Origin: Gnetum montanum
Lineage: Eukaryota > Plantae > Gnetophyta
NCBI GenBank assembly: GCA_015680685.1
Contig: MNCI01002706.1
Location: 737,415-801,414, forward strand
Direction: 5' to 3'
Length of the DNA: 64,000 nucleotides
A model generated the notes under the pieces. The model was not told the DNA's origin. It made no database searches and saw nothing but the letters and a program-made list of their open reading frames with translations. A program made the position numbers and the translations under genes. Shown here in pieces: positions 62,649-64,000 of the stretch (position 1 is its first letter; each line of letters begins with the position of its first letter).

Positions 62649-64000
62649 TGTAACAGCCCGTGATTCAATGAAGGTTGATGACCTCTTTACTACGTAAGCC
62701 CAATAAAGGCAAGTTGTTAAAGATGAATAATATTGTTAATTTTGTCATGAATATTTAATTTTTACTATATGGTAAATTTTTAGTACCCATGTTTACTTTT
62801 CTTTTACGATTATGTGTGTTTAATTATTTTCTTTACCTATCATCGGTGTGCACTAACTAGATGGATGAGTTGTGGCTCCGATTCATTGATAAGGAAAGGA
62901 GAGACAAATCCCAAAAAACTGAACCATTTTTGTAGCCCTAGTGTAACTAGCGTTGGCCCCAAGGGGGCAGTTCTCATGGAGGCTATGGCATGGGCATGGT
63001 AATGGTATGACTATGATGGCATGGCATGTGATTTATCTATGTGTAATTTTAATTTTTAATTTGGTCATTAGTTAAGATAATGAGGAGGAGGGTAGATAAG
63101 TCACATGGGTCTTGAGAGTATATAGGAGAAGGCAGCTAGGTCACATGGGTTGGGGGTAGATGGATTAGGGAGAAGCCTTCAAGTACCACACACTTCCTCA
63201 ACCCAAAGCATTTGGTCTTTTAGCCCTTTGTTTGAGGTGCTGCTAGGTGGAAGGAGTGTGGAGGACTTGCTAATCATTCATCAAGGTCAAGGGCAATCAA
63301 GAGTCTTAGACATCAATCCCTAGTGAGTAATCTTGGCCCCCTTTTCTTGGTTGATCCATTTCATCCTACTTTGCATAGATCAAGATTAGGTTTTGTTTTA
63401 GTTGATGTAAATCTTATAAATCTGATGTATTTTTGATTAGGTATTACTATAAACATTCTAGATCTATAAATTCAATGCTAGATCTATTGTTTTAATTGCT
63501 CTAAATTTCTTTTTATCAATTATGTATTTTGAGAGCTTAGGATTGGTAGAATAATGCTTGGTAAAATGTTCATATCTCTCTCTCTCTATGCATTGAATTA
63601 GATTATGACTAGCTATTGTTAAATTCCTTAAGATATTATCTATAACTTTCATGAAGGAATCATATTGAAATTAGACGTAGAACATGCATTATAAGTTATT
63701 CTTTCAACATTGTCTAGAATTATAGCAATTTTAGTAGGGTTTGGTCATGATGTTATATCTCTAAATTTGTTAATGATTTAGATCTAAAGTTTTATTGTGA
63801 CTGAGTTAGGGGCAAAAGCACCCAGATCTAGGTGGTAGCATCGATAATTGACATGTATATTGAGAGTTATGATCCAACCTTTATTATTGTCCTAACTTGA
63901 TCTATTCTCTATTGCACAAATTTATTAAATATTCATAATGAAATTAACAATATCATTTATCTTTAACAACTTGCCTATATTGGGCTTACATAGCAAAGAG
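62649..64000 (+). mobile_element. Start of an LTR (Tekay/Del-like terminus) running off the window
   Basis: TGTAACAGCCC start; TATA-like tatataggag ~63120 followed by typical LTR R/U5-like sequence; no partner LTR in the window. Confidence 0.55.

Overview
Eukaryotic land-plant genomic DNA, AT-rich and CG/CHG-depleted; the species cannot be determined from this window. There is one intact protein-coding gene: a 23-exon peroxisomal long-chain acyl-CoA synthetase (LACS6/LACS7 clade) on the minus strand, 61426..40671, 694 aa by manual splicing, with an N-terminal PTS2. Its introns 3, 12 and 18 are inflated by an RTE LINE, a 6.5-kb LTR element and nested solo LTRs. Bases 1-37151 are a nest of decayed Ty3/Gypsy retrotransposons. 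An Athila-like element (B, ~6890-37151) hosts a solo LTR, an inverted chromovirus fragment, a CRM-like chromovirus (E) and a pol-less Athila-like relative (C). The 3' half of another relative (A) and a further fragment (D) lie upstream. The most interesting signal is a ~900-codon accessory ORF (four copies) in the Athila-like elements. It appears to have its own internal promoter that reuses the element's own LTR motif (a 14-bp-periodic CpG palindrome, CATCGATG or CGATATCG) plus a TATA box, followed 430-440 bp later by a short intron ending at AG|ATG. All alignments and counts were done by eye.
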